Shown in pieces: positions 39,870 to 51,329 of a stretch of DNA of 64,000 nucleotides. Under the pieces are notes generated by a model. It was given only the letters and a program-made list of their open reading frames with translations. It ran no database searches and was not told where the DNA came from. Origin of the DNA: Stegostoma tigrinum (taxonomy: Eukaryota); the NCBI RefSeq assembly GCF_030684315.1, contig NC_081365.1, positions 34,251,394-34,315,393 of the forward strand, read 5' to 3'. The position numbers and the translations under genes were made by a program. How positions within the stretch are numbered: position 1 is the first letter of the stretch; the number at the start of each line of letters is the position of its first letter.

Positions 39870-40680
39870 ACACCCTTGACCACAAATCCATCACACAGTT
39901 CTCAGCATGCAGTGTCCTCAAGACCCCTCAGGAAAAGGAGAGAGTGGACTTTGACCCATGGTTTCCTGAGCAGGCTTTCAAAGTCATTTGGCAAATGCCT
40001 CATCGCCAAAACTTTCCAAGAAGCACCCAGCTGCCCTCGAACTGGCTCTGGAACGTGGGTGAGATTGTCACACATCTCTTTCTGGAATGCGCCTTTGCAA
40101 AGTAAGTTTGGCGGGAGATGCAACGGGTTGCTGTTTGTTTGAGGTTCATCCTGAGCAGCTCTGTGGTGCAGGACGTGCTGTACAGTCTGTTCTCTGAGAT
40201 GTACACCAAGAAAAACATTGACTTCACCTGAAAGACCATCACCTCGGTGAAAGATGCTCTTTGATCTGCCAGAATCCTGCTGGTCTTCCAGTTGAAAGAG
40301 ATGACCCTGACTGAGTGTTGTAGACTGGCACATTCCAAGGTCCAAGACTCTGTGCTGAGGGAGCAGTAAAGCATGGGGCAGCTGCTGCCAAGGCACACTG
40401 GGGAAAGACCACAGTCTGAGGTCTTTCTGCTAACGGAAAATGGGGGTTCATTTAGCTATCGGACACCCCCAAAGCCTCAGATACATAAATATTTCCTAGT
40501 ACCTAGTGCAATTTAGAAATGCTTTTAGACTCACTGTAACTATCGAGAAAGTTAAATCCCAATATTTGTTCTCTCCTCTGAATGCAAAAACCGTAAAAAG
40601 ATCGGCACTGTTTTAGTAACTGTGTATGTACATAAAGATTTTCTTTTTTTATGAATAAAATGTATTTTTGCAAAAGAAAT
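39870..40680 (+). mobile_element. Tx1/L1-clade LINE 3' end
   Basis: Zinc-knuckle-like CPRTG..EIVTHLFLECAFAK*VWREMQ; ends ATGAATAAAATGTATTTTTG + A-rich. Confidence 0.7.
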
Positions 40681-41555
40681 TATAATACAGAACAAGTTTA
40701 TGCACCTTCTAAAAACAAAACAGAAAACTCCAGTGAAAAGAGACAACATAAAACTGAAAGGAAAAGCCCACAAAAATATGAAAAATCCTGACCAATTGAA
40801 AAAATACACGTAATAGCAAAACACAACAAAATGTATACAGCTACAGAAAGGGAAAGTGAAAAAAAAATGTATTAGATATCCAAGATCAACACAGAAATGT
40901 TCATTAATCATCAGGAGAAAGCAAATGGCTGCCAGCAATGTGGATCCCTTGGAAAGTGACAACAGTGATAAACAGTGAGAATATGGAAATAGTGAACAAA
41001 CTGAATAATCGATTTGTATCATAAAAACTGACAGTCAAACTTCAGATGAATCTACCAGACAGTGTCAGGAAAATAAGATAGAATCAGAGATTTAAAAAGT
41101 AAAATAGCAATAGTGAAGACTATAATGACACTAAAATAGTCACAGACGCCAGGACCAGATGATTCTATCCCAGGGTTTCAAAATAAGTTGAAAATTGAAG
41201 GCGCCCTAATAGTATCAAAGTTCTATCAATTTGGAGACTGTGAATTTAGATTGAAAATTGTGTCGCTCCTTAAGAAATGAGACAGTGGAAAGCCAGTTAG
41301 TCTAACACCTGACCTATTTGAAATTTTCAGCTGATTGGAGAGAGTCAGCATGGATTGAAACAGTAAGAGATGCCTGATGAATCTGAGTAAATGTTATGCA
41401 GAGGTGACCAAAGTAATACACAGGAGAATGTCTAAGGTTTTTAGTTATTTTGCTTCCTGAAGCAATTTGATAAAATGCCTCATGGAAATGTTACTACAAT
41501 TGAAGCTTATAGAATTGGAGTGCTGTTTAGATGATGCGGTAGTGGTAATGCCACT

Positions 41556-42623
41556 AGAACATGTTGTGCCGACATATTAATCTACTGAGATCAATCTACC
41601 CTGCATACCGTACATTTTACTATCCTCCATGTGCCTATCCAAGAGTCGCTTAAAAGTCTCTAAAGTATCTAACTCCACTACCACTGCCGGCAGCGCATTC
41701 CACACGCCCACTACTCTCTGTGTGAAGAACCTACCACTGACATCTCCCCTATACCTTCCTCCAATCACCTTAAAATTATGCCCCCCTCATAACAGTCATT
41801 TCCACTCTGGAAAAAATCTCTCACTTCCCACTCTATCTTTGCCTCTCATCATCTTTTACACCTCTGTCAAGTCACCTCTCATCCTTCTTCACTCCAATGA
41901 AAATTGCCCTCGCTCCTTCAACATTTCCTCTTCAAACCTGCCTTCCAGTCCAGGCAGCATCCTGGTAAATTTCCTCTGCACCTTCTCTAAAGCTTCCACA
42001 TCTTTCCTACAATGAGGTGACCAGAACTGAACGCAATATCTCAAGTGTGGTCTAACCAGAGTTTTATACAGCCGCAGCATAACCTCACAGCTCTTAAACT
42101 CAATTCAAATGCCAATGAAAGCCAACACATCATATGCCTTCTTTACAACCATATCAACTTGGATGGCAACTTTGATGGTTTTGTGGGCGTGGACCCCAAG
42201 ATCCCTCTGTTCCTCCACACTGCCAAGTAACCTGCCATTAACCCTGTATTCTGCATTCAAATTCAACATTCCAAAATGAATCACTTCACACTTTTCTGGG
42301 TCGAATTCCATCTGCCACTTCTTTGCCCAGGTCTGCATCCTGACAATGTTCCATTGCAACCTACAACAGCCCTCCACACTATCCACAACTCCTCCAACCT
42401 CCATGTCATTGGCAAACTCACTAACCCACCCTTCCAATTCCTCATCCAAGTCATTTATAAAGATCACAAAGAGCAGGGGAGCCAGAACAGATCCCTGTGG
42501 AACACCACTGGTCACCGAGCTTCAGGCTGAATACTTTCGTTCCATTACCACCCTCTGTCTTCTACTGGACAGCCAGTTTTGTATCCAGACAGCCAAATTG
42601 CCCTGAATCCCATGCCCCCTTAA
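41556..42623 (-). mobile_element. CR1/HER1-like LINE 3' 1.1 kb
   Basis: SGVPQGSVLAP, FANDMEVGG, RPHLRYCVQFWSP, RFFTQRVV. Confidence 0.95.
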
Positions 42624-42893
42624 CTTGTAATATGGCAATGAGCTTGTAATTCAAAGGGCCCAGACTCTGGGGGTCAAGGGTTCAAATGCCATTATGGAAG
42701 CTGTTGGAATTTAAGTTAATATATCTGGGAATGAAATCTAGTGTCAGCAGTGGAAATCATGAAACTTTCAATTGTTATAAGACCCCATTTGTTTCACCAA
42801 TGCCTTCTAGGGAGGTACAACTGTCAGCCTTACATAGTCTGGCCTACATGTGACTGCAGACCCACAGGAATGAGTTTGATTCTTAACTACTTG

Positions 42894-42925
42894 AACCCTA
42901 CTAACCCTAACCTTAACCCTAATCC
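42894..42925. repeat. Short degenerate telomere-type (CCCTAA)n tract
   Basis: AACCCTACTAACCCTAACCTTAACCCTAATCC. Confidence 0.7.
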
Positions 42926-43491
42926 GACCTGAAATAATTTAACAACCATCTCTGTTCAAGGGCAATCACAGATGGACAACAAATGATGGCATTGCCAGTG
43001 ACACCCATATCCCGGATGTAAGGGAACTGATGGGTAGCTGCTGCTTGGATGTCTAGATCAAGGGCACATTATCTAAAAATTAGAGTTGGGTTTCTCAGGA
43101 GTGAAATTAGAAATCGCTTCTAAAACAAAGAATGGTAGAAGTTTGAAACTGTCTTCTGCAAAGGCAGTTGGTGCTAGATTTATAGTTCAATCTATCAATA
43201 TTAGTTTTAATATTTTGTTAGCCAATGGGTACCAGGGAAAATAAAGGAATCAATTCCAAGGCCAGCCATAGCTCTCAAAAGGTGAAAGAACTGTTTGGGG
43301 ACTAAATGCTCTAACATGACAGGTTCCTATGTGACCAATCATTTACAAAGGTGGAAACATTTGCCACAATTTGTGCACATGATTTGTATATGCTATCTGC
43401 AACAGCAATGATTTACAGTGGTACACTGCTTTTAACATAGTCACATGTTCTCAGGCAGTTCACTAGAACATTACTAGGGAGACATTATTTA

Positions 43492-43810
43492 GGGGCGTCA
43501 CGGTAGCTCAGTGGTTAGCACTGCAGCCTCACAGCAGCAGGGACCCGGGTTCGATTCCAGCCTCGGGCAACTGAGTGTGTGGAGTTTGCACATTCTCCCC
43601 GTGTCTGCGTGGGTTTCCCTCGGGGTCTCCGGTTTCCTCCCACAGTCCAAAGATGTGCAGGCTAGGTGGATTGGCCATGCTAAATTGCCCGTAGTGTTCA
43701 GGGGTGTGTGGGTTATAGGGGGATGTGTCTGGGTGGGATGCTGCCAAGGGGCAGTGTGGATTTGTTGGGCCAAAGGGCCTGTTCCCACACTGTAGGGAAT
43801 CTAAAAAAAA
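43492..43810 (+). mobile_element. HE1-like V-SINE, full length
   Basis: A box TAGCTCAGTGG, B box GGTTCGATTCC, V-domain, CR1-like tail GGGCC.AAGGGCCTGTT. Confidence 0.95.
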
Positions 43811-44689
43811 TTAATTCGAATGTGGTACATCATTTAGGGAGACATTGGCCATGAAATTCTAATCAGAGCTGGAAACCCAGCTAGTAGGATGCCAGGAAAA
43901 TGGATAAGTGCTTAGAATAGGTCAAAGTATTTGTTGGGGTAGAAGGGGTCAGTAGTTTTGGTGGAAGGGATTGGGAGGTAGCTATCAGGCTGTCTCAGAG
44001 GGCTATGAGATGGAGACTCAGTTTGATCGTTACCCTAGAGTAGGGTTTAAAATCCTTTCACCTTGGTAAACATTAAGTTCAAATGAGTAGGAATCCTTAA
44101 GTCCTTGATATAAGAGCTTTTCAGAGGGTTCTGGATGGAAGGGAATTGCCCATCGAAAGTTTTAATTTCTCAGGCAGTTTCCATAGAATCACCTGCACCA
44201 GAGATTCCACATGATTTATATATGCATTTTCAGTCTACACTGCTCCAGAGACTGCCTGGCCTTCAGAATATCCGAGCCATTGTCTACCATTTACAGCCAT
44301 AAAAGTAACAAAATTAAATATTGGTTTGAAGAACACTCTAAAAGAGAAAATTTGCGGAGGTTTTTGAATTTCCACAACTTAGGGACTCAGTAATTGAGGG
44401 AAGGCCTTGGATACAAAGGTTTATGGCAGTTGTAGAGTCGTATGAGGTTAAAGAGTTTGGAAATGATGAGCTAAGGAGAAATTTGAAATTGTGGATTAGA
44501 ATTTTATTGTTCAAGTGCAGCTTAACTAACAGCCTTATCATCAGAAAGCACTTGTGCTGTGTGTGAATGGGACATGATGCAAGTTAGGACAAATTGACAT
44601 ATAGCAGAAGGTGGGAGGGGAGGCTTATTAGTTTACATCACTCATACTTCATCGTCAAATGATAACAACTCCACTCATCTCCTTCTTAC

Positions 44690-44728
44690 CTGGTAAATGT
44701 CATTCCCTCCCTTTCCTCTTCGCTTGGG
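44690..44728 (-). CDS. CD247: CD247 exon (human exon 7 equivalent)
   Basis: cttccccag|PKRRGKGGNDIYQ|gtaaga; human RRRGKGHDGLYQ. Confidence 0.95.
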
Positions 44729-45135
44729 CTGGGGAAGATAAACATAACGTTGATTCATTCCAAAAACACATATTTATTAGGTACATAGCTAAACGTCTGT
44801 CCTAAATTTCAGTTGAACACATTTAATGATAGATTTTCCAAGGCCTTACTTGTATGAGCATATACCAAATAATCAGGCTGAAGGATGGGCAAAGTCTTTC
44901 AATAATTTAATTATCTCATTGAGCTGATATCCCACAATACAACTCTAGGATGTTTCTAATTCAGATTATTTTGCATGTGTGCGTGTATAAAACCTATACA
45001 CCATCTGCACTGGAGACAATGATCTGTGTAGCGTTTGTACTGGAAATGTAGATCATTTAGTTTGCAATTTTTACCCAGTTACCAGAGAAATTAAAACTGC
45101 CTTCTTTGTCACTAAAATAATTTATTCTCCCCAAA

Positions 45136-45460
45136 GGGGCGGTGCCTCAGTGGTTAGCACTGCTGCCTCACAGCGCCAGGGATCCAGGTTCAATTTCACC
45201 CTCAGGCGACTGTCTGTGTGGAGTTTGCACATTCTCCTTGTGTCTGCATGGGTTTCCTCCAGGTGCTCCAGTTTCCTCCCACAGTCCACAGATGTGCAGG
45301 TTAAGTGGATTGGCCATGGTAAATTGCCCATAGTGTTCAGGGGTGTGTAGATTGGTGGGTTATAAGGGGATGGGTCTGGGTGAGACGCTCCAAGGGTCGT
45401 TGTGGACTTGCTGGGCCGAAGGGCCTGTTTCCACACTGTAGGGATTCTATGATTCTATGA
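45136..45460 (+). mobile_element. HE1-like V-SINE
   Basis: As 43492; tail (GATTCTAT)n. Confidence 0.95.
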
Positions 45461-45679
45461 TACAACAAATGTAGCCCTTCTGTTCAGCTTACTGAGTTTG
45501 TGACATATACCCAAAGACATTCAGCATCAGGCCTGATAATCACCAACTTTTACAGTAGTGAACAATTGACCGAGTATTTCAAATATGTAATACAAGCAAA
45601 AGTATACATTTATACTTGGATATGATTATTTACAGCAGTTACAGAAATCTGTAGATAGATCATTTCATCCATATCATAC

Positions 45680-45736
45680 CTGCTGAGTTGGTTTGAGTTC
45701 ACCATAAGGCTCACTTCTATTCTTAGGATTCAGTTT
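45680..45736 (-). CDS. CD247: CD247 exon (exon 6 equivalent, 57 nt)
   Basis: ttttgattgcag|KLNPKNRSEPYGELKPTQQ|gtatga; completes ITAM2 YSKL-x8-YGEL. Confidence 0.92.
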
Positions 45737-47004
45737 CTGCAATCAAAATAATTTTTGATCTTCAGTTGAAATGCTGTTTAATTACAAATTAACCCACCAG
45801 TCTATGTGGTTCTGTATGCAGCTATTAAAGGATGTGCAAAAGATGCACAAGCTGGGTTTTGTTCATCATATCCCTCTAATATGATCACAAATCACTGTGT
45901 AGACAAGCATTGGTATAAGCTGTACTCATCCATGACATCTCCTGGATGCTGCACACAATTGACTGACCAGAAGTTAATAAGAGATATTGCTACAAGTGTC
46001 ATTAGAGTTAATGGGGTTTTATCAGCAGGTTGGATGGAGGGCTATGTTCAAACATCTACCCAATTCTATCCTGCCTCAAATCAACCCACTTCCAGGTTCG
46101 GTGACAAAGATCTGGGAGACATGCATCAATCTCACAGGAGAAGTTTGTTTATTCACATATGCCCATTGAAATGAATGCTTCAATTTCAACATATATACAT
46201 TGAATGGCTACTGGCTGAATTTCCCAGAATCCTGCAACTGAAGAGCAGAGTGAGTTAGCAGATCCAGAGATATGTATCTCTCCAGCACTTGAGTATACAG
46301 CTGTTTGCAACCCAACCTAATCTCCCCACAATTGCCCACGATCTGCACTCTCTTCAACCATCATCAGATCTCCCCATGGCTCATACTGTCTTCAACATGT
46401 CCGTAAACTTTTCCCTACAATATCCACAAACAACAAACTTTTAAAATTGTCCTTCCCCATTACAAACCCAACATTCTTCACCACCCCCCAAATGCTCCTA
46501 CCCTTCCTACACATGCCTTCCAGTCATGAGCTAGCAAATCTCTCAATCTGACTGGTTACTGGCCAGAAAACATTGACAAGAAATTTAGCAGGACCAATGC
46601 ATCAACCACAGCCTCTGTCTTACACTATAGTTATCAGGATGACATTGGTGTTAAGTTCCACAAGGTGCAATATCTACACTCTCCTCAGGAGGCTATATGG
46701 TGGTGAATAGTTTTTACACCAAAGCCAAACCTTACTCCATTTAGTCAAATTATAAACAAGTCTACCATTACATGGGATCAGGTGTATACTATCCACAGAT
46801 ATTTGATGTTGCTGCCTCTCATATTATTCACAATTCAAGAGAACATGGTCATTAGATGTCCAAAAATTCCAGGGCAGGGCACATGATACAATTGTACCTA
46901 AATACATTTGTGCCAATGAAATACAGTTACGTTTTTAAAATGTGCACTATCATTCTCAGTCCTTAACAGGGGTGAAAAGAAAAAGAATAAATATACAGTT
47001 TATA

Positions 47005-48615
47005 ATGCAATACAACAAAGGAACAGGCCTTTCAGCCCAGCAAGCCTGGGCTGATTGCTAGTCCTTATTTAGACCTGCTACTTATTGTCCATAAATGGTT
47101 TCTAGTTCTCTATTCACCTCCCATTCATGTGTCTATCAAGATATACCTTAAGTGTTGCTAACATACCTGTTTCCACAACCCCTACTGGCAATGTGCCCAC
47201 TACCTTCTGTGTGAAATATTTGCCCTGCACTTCTCCCCTTAAACTTTCCCCCACTCACCCTGAACCTGTTGATCTTTCCATCCTGGGAAAAAGCCTCTCA
47301 CTAAGCATCCCATCTGCACCTCTCATAATTTTGTAGGTCTCTATCAGGTCACCCTTCAGCCTCCATCTGTCCATTGAAAAATGATCTGAGACAGCCAACA
47401 TCTCTTCATAACTAAAATCTTCCAGACCAGGCAAAATCCTGGTAAACATCCTCTCCAAAGCATCCACGTCTATGGCGACCAGAACTACATGCAATATTCC
47501 AAAAGTGGCCTAACTAAAGTTTTACACAGCTGTAACATAACTTGCCAATTCTTATATTTGATGTCCCGGCCGATGAAGACAAGCATGCTGTATGCCTTCT
47601 TGACCACCTTATCCAACTGTGTTGCCACTTTCAAGGACCTGTTGATCTAACCTCTTGGAGCCCTCTGTATGCCAATGCTTCTGAGGGTTATGCCATTTAT
47701 TGTACCATTTGCACCTGAATTTGACCCTCCAAAATGCATCACCTCGCATTTGTCTGGGTTAAACTCCATCTGCCATTTCTCTGCCCAAATCTGCAATCTA
47801 TCCATATCCTACTGTATCCTTTGACAATCCTCCTCACTATCTGCAACTCTTCCAATTTTGGTGTCATCTGCAAACTTACTAATCAGACCACCAACATTTT
47901 CCTCCAGATCTTCTCTACATGTTACAAACGACAAAGGTCCCAGCACTGATCCCAGTGGAACACCACTAGTTACTAATCTCCATTCTGAAACCTCCCTTTC
48001 ACTGCTACTTTCTGTCTTCTATGACCAAGCCAGTTTTGTATCTATCTAGCTAGCTCGGCCTGGATCCCATGAGACTCTATCTTTTGTATCAATCTGCCAT
48101 GAAGTACTTATCAAATGCCTTACTAAAGTTCATGTAAACAACAGCCCTTCCATCAACAATCATTCTTGTCACCTCCTCAAAAGACTCAATCGAGTTGATG
48201 AAACATGACCTTCCCCGTGAAAACCCATGCTGCCTATCACTAACAAGTCCATTTGCCTCCAAATGTGATGAAATATGCTCTCAGTCTCTTCTCCAAAGGC
48301 ATCCCCACCACTGACATCAGGCTCACTGGCCTGTAGTTACCTGGATTATCTCGGTTTCCTTTATTAAACAACAGAACAACATTAGCAATTCTCCAGTCCT
48401 CTGGAACATTGGCTGAGGCCAAACCTGGAATGGATCCCATCTGGCCCTGGGTTCTTGTCTACCTTCATGCATTTCTAGACTTCCTCCCTCATTATATTGA
48501 CCTGTCCAAAAGTATTCACACACCTTTCCCTAACCTCAGCTTCCCTCACATCCCTCTTTTTGGTGAAAACTGATGTAAAGTACTTATTTAAGGATCTCAC
48601 CCATTTCCTCTGGCT
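47005..48615 (-). mobile_element. Degenerate CR1 LINE
   Basis: VPEDWRIANVVLLFNKGNRDNPGNYRPVSL; FTRILPGLE; CR1 tail at ~47010-47045. Confidence 0.9.
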
Positions 48616-48659
48616 AATTGAACAATCACATTAATTTCCCAAAGCGATATAGTACTTAC

Positions 48660-48692
48660 GGAATAGGTGTCACTATGAGGAGCACCGTCTCT
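48660..48692 (-). CDS. CD247: CD247 exon (exon 5 equivalent, 33 nt)
   Basis: ctttttcttatcaaatccaacag|RDGAPHSDTYS|gtaagt; supplies the first Tyr of ITAM2. Confidence 0.88.
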
Positions 48693-49763
48693 CTGTTGGA
48701 TTTGATAAGAAAAAGAGCAATGAATGTTGAATATTTGATAAGACATTTTAAAAACAAAGTATATGTTTTTCAAGTATCAGGTGAGGCTTTCAACTTCCTG
48801 GCAACCATAAGGAGAACTTCTGTAATTGCATGTTTCATGTGGTAAAATTTTCATTACGTGTTTCAGAATTCCAATTTGCTATTTGTGTTTAAAAATGATT
48901 GTAGGTTATGTCTTCCTTCTAAGTATGTTATTATCCTTGCCTACTTCTAGTTTTTGTCTTGCTTAAAGCTAATTACATTAGCAATCCTACTTAACTAATT
49001 ACAGTAGTAGTTTTGCAATAAAATAACCTTTGTTTTGTTAAAGTCTAAAGATTCACTGCTACTATTTTTAAATTAAATGATTCGCTACTCATACACACAC
49101 ATTCTTATCTCATGGGGCCTTTTAAAGAAACACCTTTTATATGGCCATAAAAATGAAAATAAGTATTATACAATAACATGTCGCAACTAATAGAAATAAT
49201 GCAGTTGCATTTTGAAAATACTGAACACTTACAATTCACTTAATAACTAGCTGTGCATGTATTGTAGGAATTTCACATTGAATACTAATGCTCTTCTGTC
49301 ACCCATTGACTACTGTTTGTGGTGGCGGTGGTGCTACAGTCACTTACATGCACTTTGAAACAAATGTACTCTGGAGATAAGGGCAGTGATAGGTATTGAC
49401 ACTTATATTCTTTGTATCATGTGGCAGAAATGTTTCTTGCTCTTACCGCCCATCATTAACTTGAGTTGGAAGGATCTGTAGACTGATATACAACCTGTTT
49501 GATTGTGTTATCATCACACTTTCCTTCGCTATCAAGTGCTGGGATGGGCCCCAAGCCTGGGGTTTTGATTCGGGGGTGGAAGAGCACCACAGGGCTCCTG
49601 CAGTACTGTGCATCATCTTGTGCAAATAACATCTGAGATTAGCCTAAGCATCCCAGAAATTGTAACCTCAACATTTAAAAGATTCATTCTGAATTTCTTG
49701 TTATAAAATAGTCTGTGTTTGGAATCGATTCTTATTTTATAAAAAAAAAGTTTAAAAAAAAAC

Positions 49764-49853
49764 CTGTTTTGTTTCAAATCCAGCCTCTGTGTCCTGGTTC
49801 CTTTTGTTAAAACCAAGTTGGGAATATGCATCTTGATCTCTCTTCTGCAAAGG
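49764..49853 (-). CDS. CD247: CD247 exon (exon 4 equivalent, 90 nt)
   Basis: tctttgcag|PLQKRDQDAYSQLGFNKRNQDTEAGFETKQ|gttttt; completes ITAM1 YQPL-x7-YSQL; donor is weak. Confidence 0.85.
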
Positions 49854-50085
49854 CTGCAAAGATAATAAAAGTTCTGATTACTCTGACAAATATCTCAAAC
49901 ATAATTTAATCTCTTTTCTTAGAGGTTCAGATCAATCACATAAATCATTTAAATATTATCGTTAGTGCCATGTTACTCCAGTGACTATTTCTAATGTAAT
50001 AAAAGACTGAAGTAGCCAGCTAAGAAAGTTGAATAAGTCTTAAGACATGTCTTCAAAGTGATCAATAACTGCAAAAAGTTAACTT

Positions 50086-50512
50086 TTGGAGGGAAGGTCT
50101 TACAAGGAAAGGCTGAGGGATTTGAGGCTGTTTTCATTAGAGAGAAGAAGGTTGAGAGGTGACTTAATTGAAACATATAAAATAATCAGAGGGTTAGATA
50201 GGGTGGATAGGGAGAGCCTTTTTCCTAGGATGATGACGGCGAGCACGAGGGGGCATAGCTTTAAATTGAGGGGTGAAAGATATAGGACCGATGTCAGAGG
50301 TAGTTTCTTTACTCGGAGAGTAGTAAGGGAATGGAACGCTTTGCCTACAACAGTAGTAGATTCGCCAACTTTAGGTACATTTAAGTCGTCATTGGACAAG
50401 CATATGGACGTACATGGAATAGTGTGGGTTAGATGGGCTTGAGATCGGTATGACAGGTTGGCACAACATCGAGGGCCGAAGGGCCTGTACTGTGCTGTAA
50501 TGTTCTATGTTA
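50086..50512 (+). mobile_element. CR1 3' end
   Basis: EGRSYKERLRDLRLFSLERRRLRGDLIE..FFTRRVVREWNALP; tail TGTTCTATGTT. Confidence 0.95.
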
Positions 50513-51329
50513 TCTATGATACTAATGTTGTGTCAAAATTGATATGCAAAATTTTTGCCAGATCGCTTGGATCTCCTGCAGAAAAGTTTTTGTCAAATGA
50601 TTGGTATTAGAAGCTGTCTTCTTCCAATCCATGCTTTTCAGCTGATTGTTTGAATCTCTGAATGTGAGGGATTTACACTGAATGCTGTTGTGTGTTTAAT
50701 GCAGTACATGATCCATTGCCACTGGCTAGTTTACTGAGAAGACAAAGTGTGCAAGTTCTCTCCTGTCAGTATATTGCATTTGCATCACCAAGAACTGCAA
50801 AGTACCTCTTTGCAATGACACATATCCATGAGTCACCATTCAGCCTTAGGTTGACCTACATAGGATCTCAGAGGAATCCTGGTCCACAGGAGTAAGGTAT
50901 GAAGTCCCTCCAGCAAGTGGACACACCCTGATGTCCCTCCATCAGTTCATTTGGACCAATAGTACCCACTGCCCTGTGTGCCTGCCTTGGAAAAGTCAGA
51001 ACCACTAGAGTGGAATCGTATAGACAGCTGGTGATCAATTCAAACAAGCCGCTCCTTACAACTGAATGGGCTGAAGAAGGATGAATTTCTGTCCTTCCTT
51101 TGGATTTAATCCATTTGGTCAAGAGAGATGTAAATACTGCACAAGTCTCTCCCTAGATCCTGCCAGGACTACGCAGCCAAAACAAACAGAAAGGACATCT
51201 CATCCTTAGTTTTATCTAGGTGGGTTGATGTTGGAGGCAAACACTTGAGATAGTAGTTTCTCGCCCAGCTTGATTGATGTAAGGGAGGTTGTCTCTAATG
51301 GACAGCATTGGCATTCTATTTGCCAACCA

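Larger units (their letters stand above)
41140..43332 (+). mobile_element. Old CR1 (+) hosting a SINE (~41530-43015) that hosts a younger CR1
   Basis: PGPDD..PRV, ESQHG and FDKMPH remnants to ~41520; 3' end resumes ~43020-43332. Confidence 0.6.

Noticed and set aside
40552-41022. 156-aa hydrophobic ORF
   Set aside because: Product of T-rich low-complexity sequence overlapping a LINE tail.
43492-43566. tRNA gene
   Set aside because: The A/B boxes continue into a SINE body and tail; these are SINE heads.
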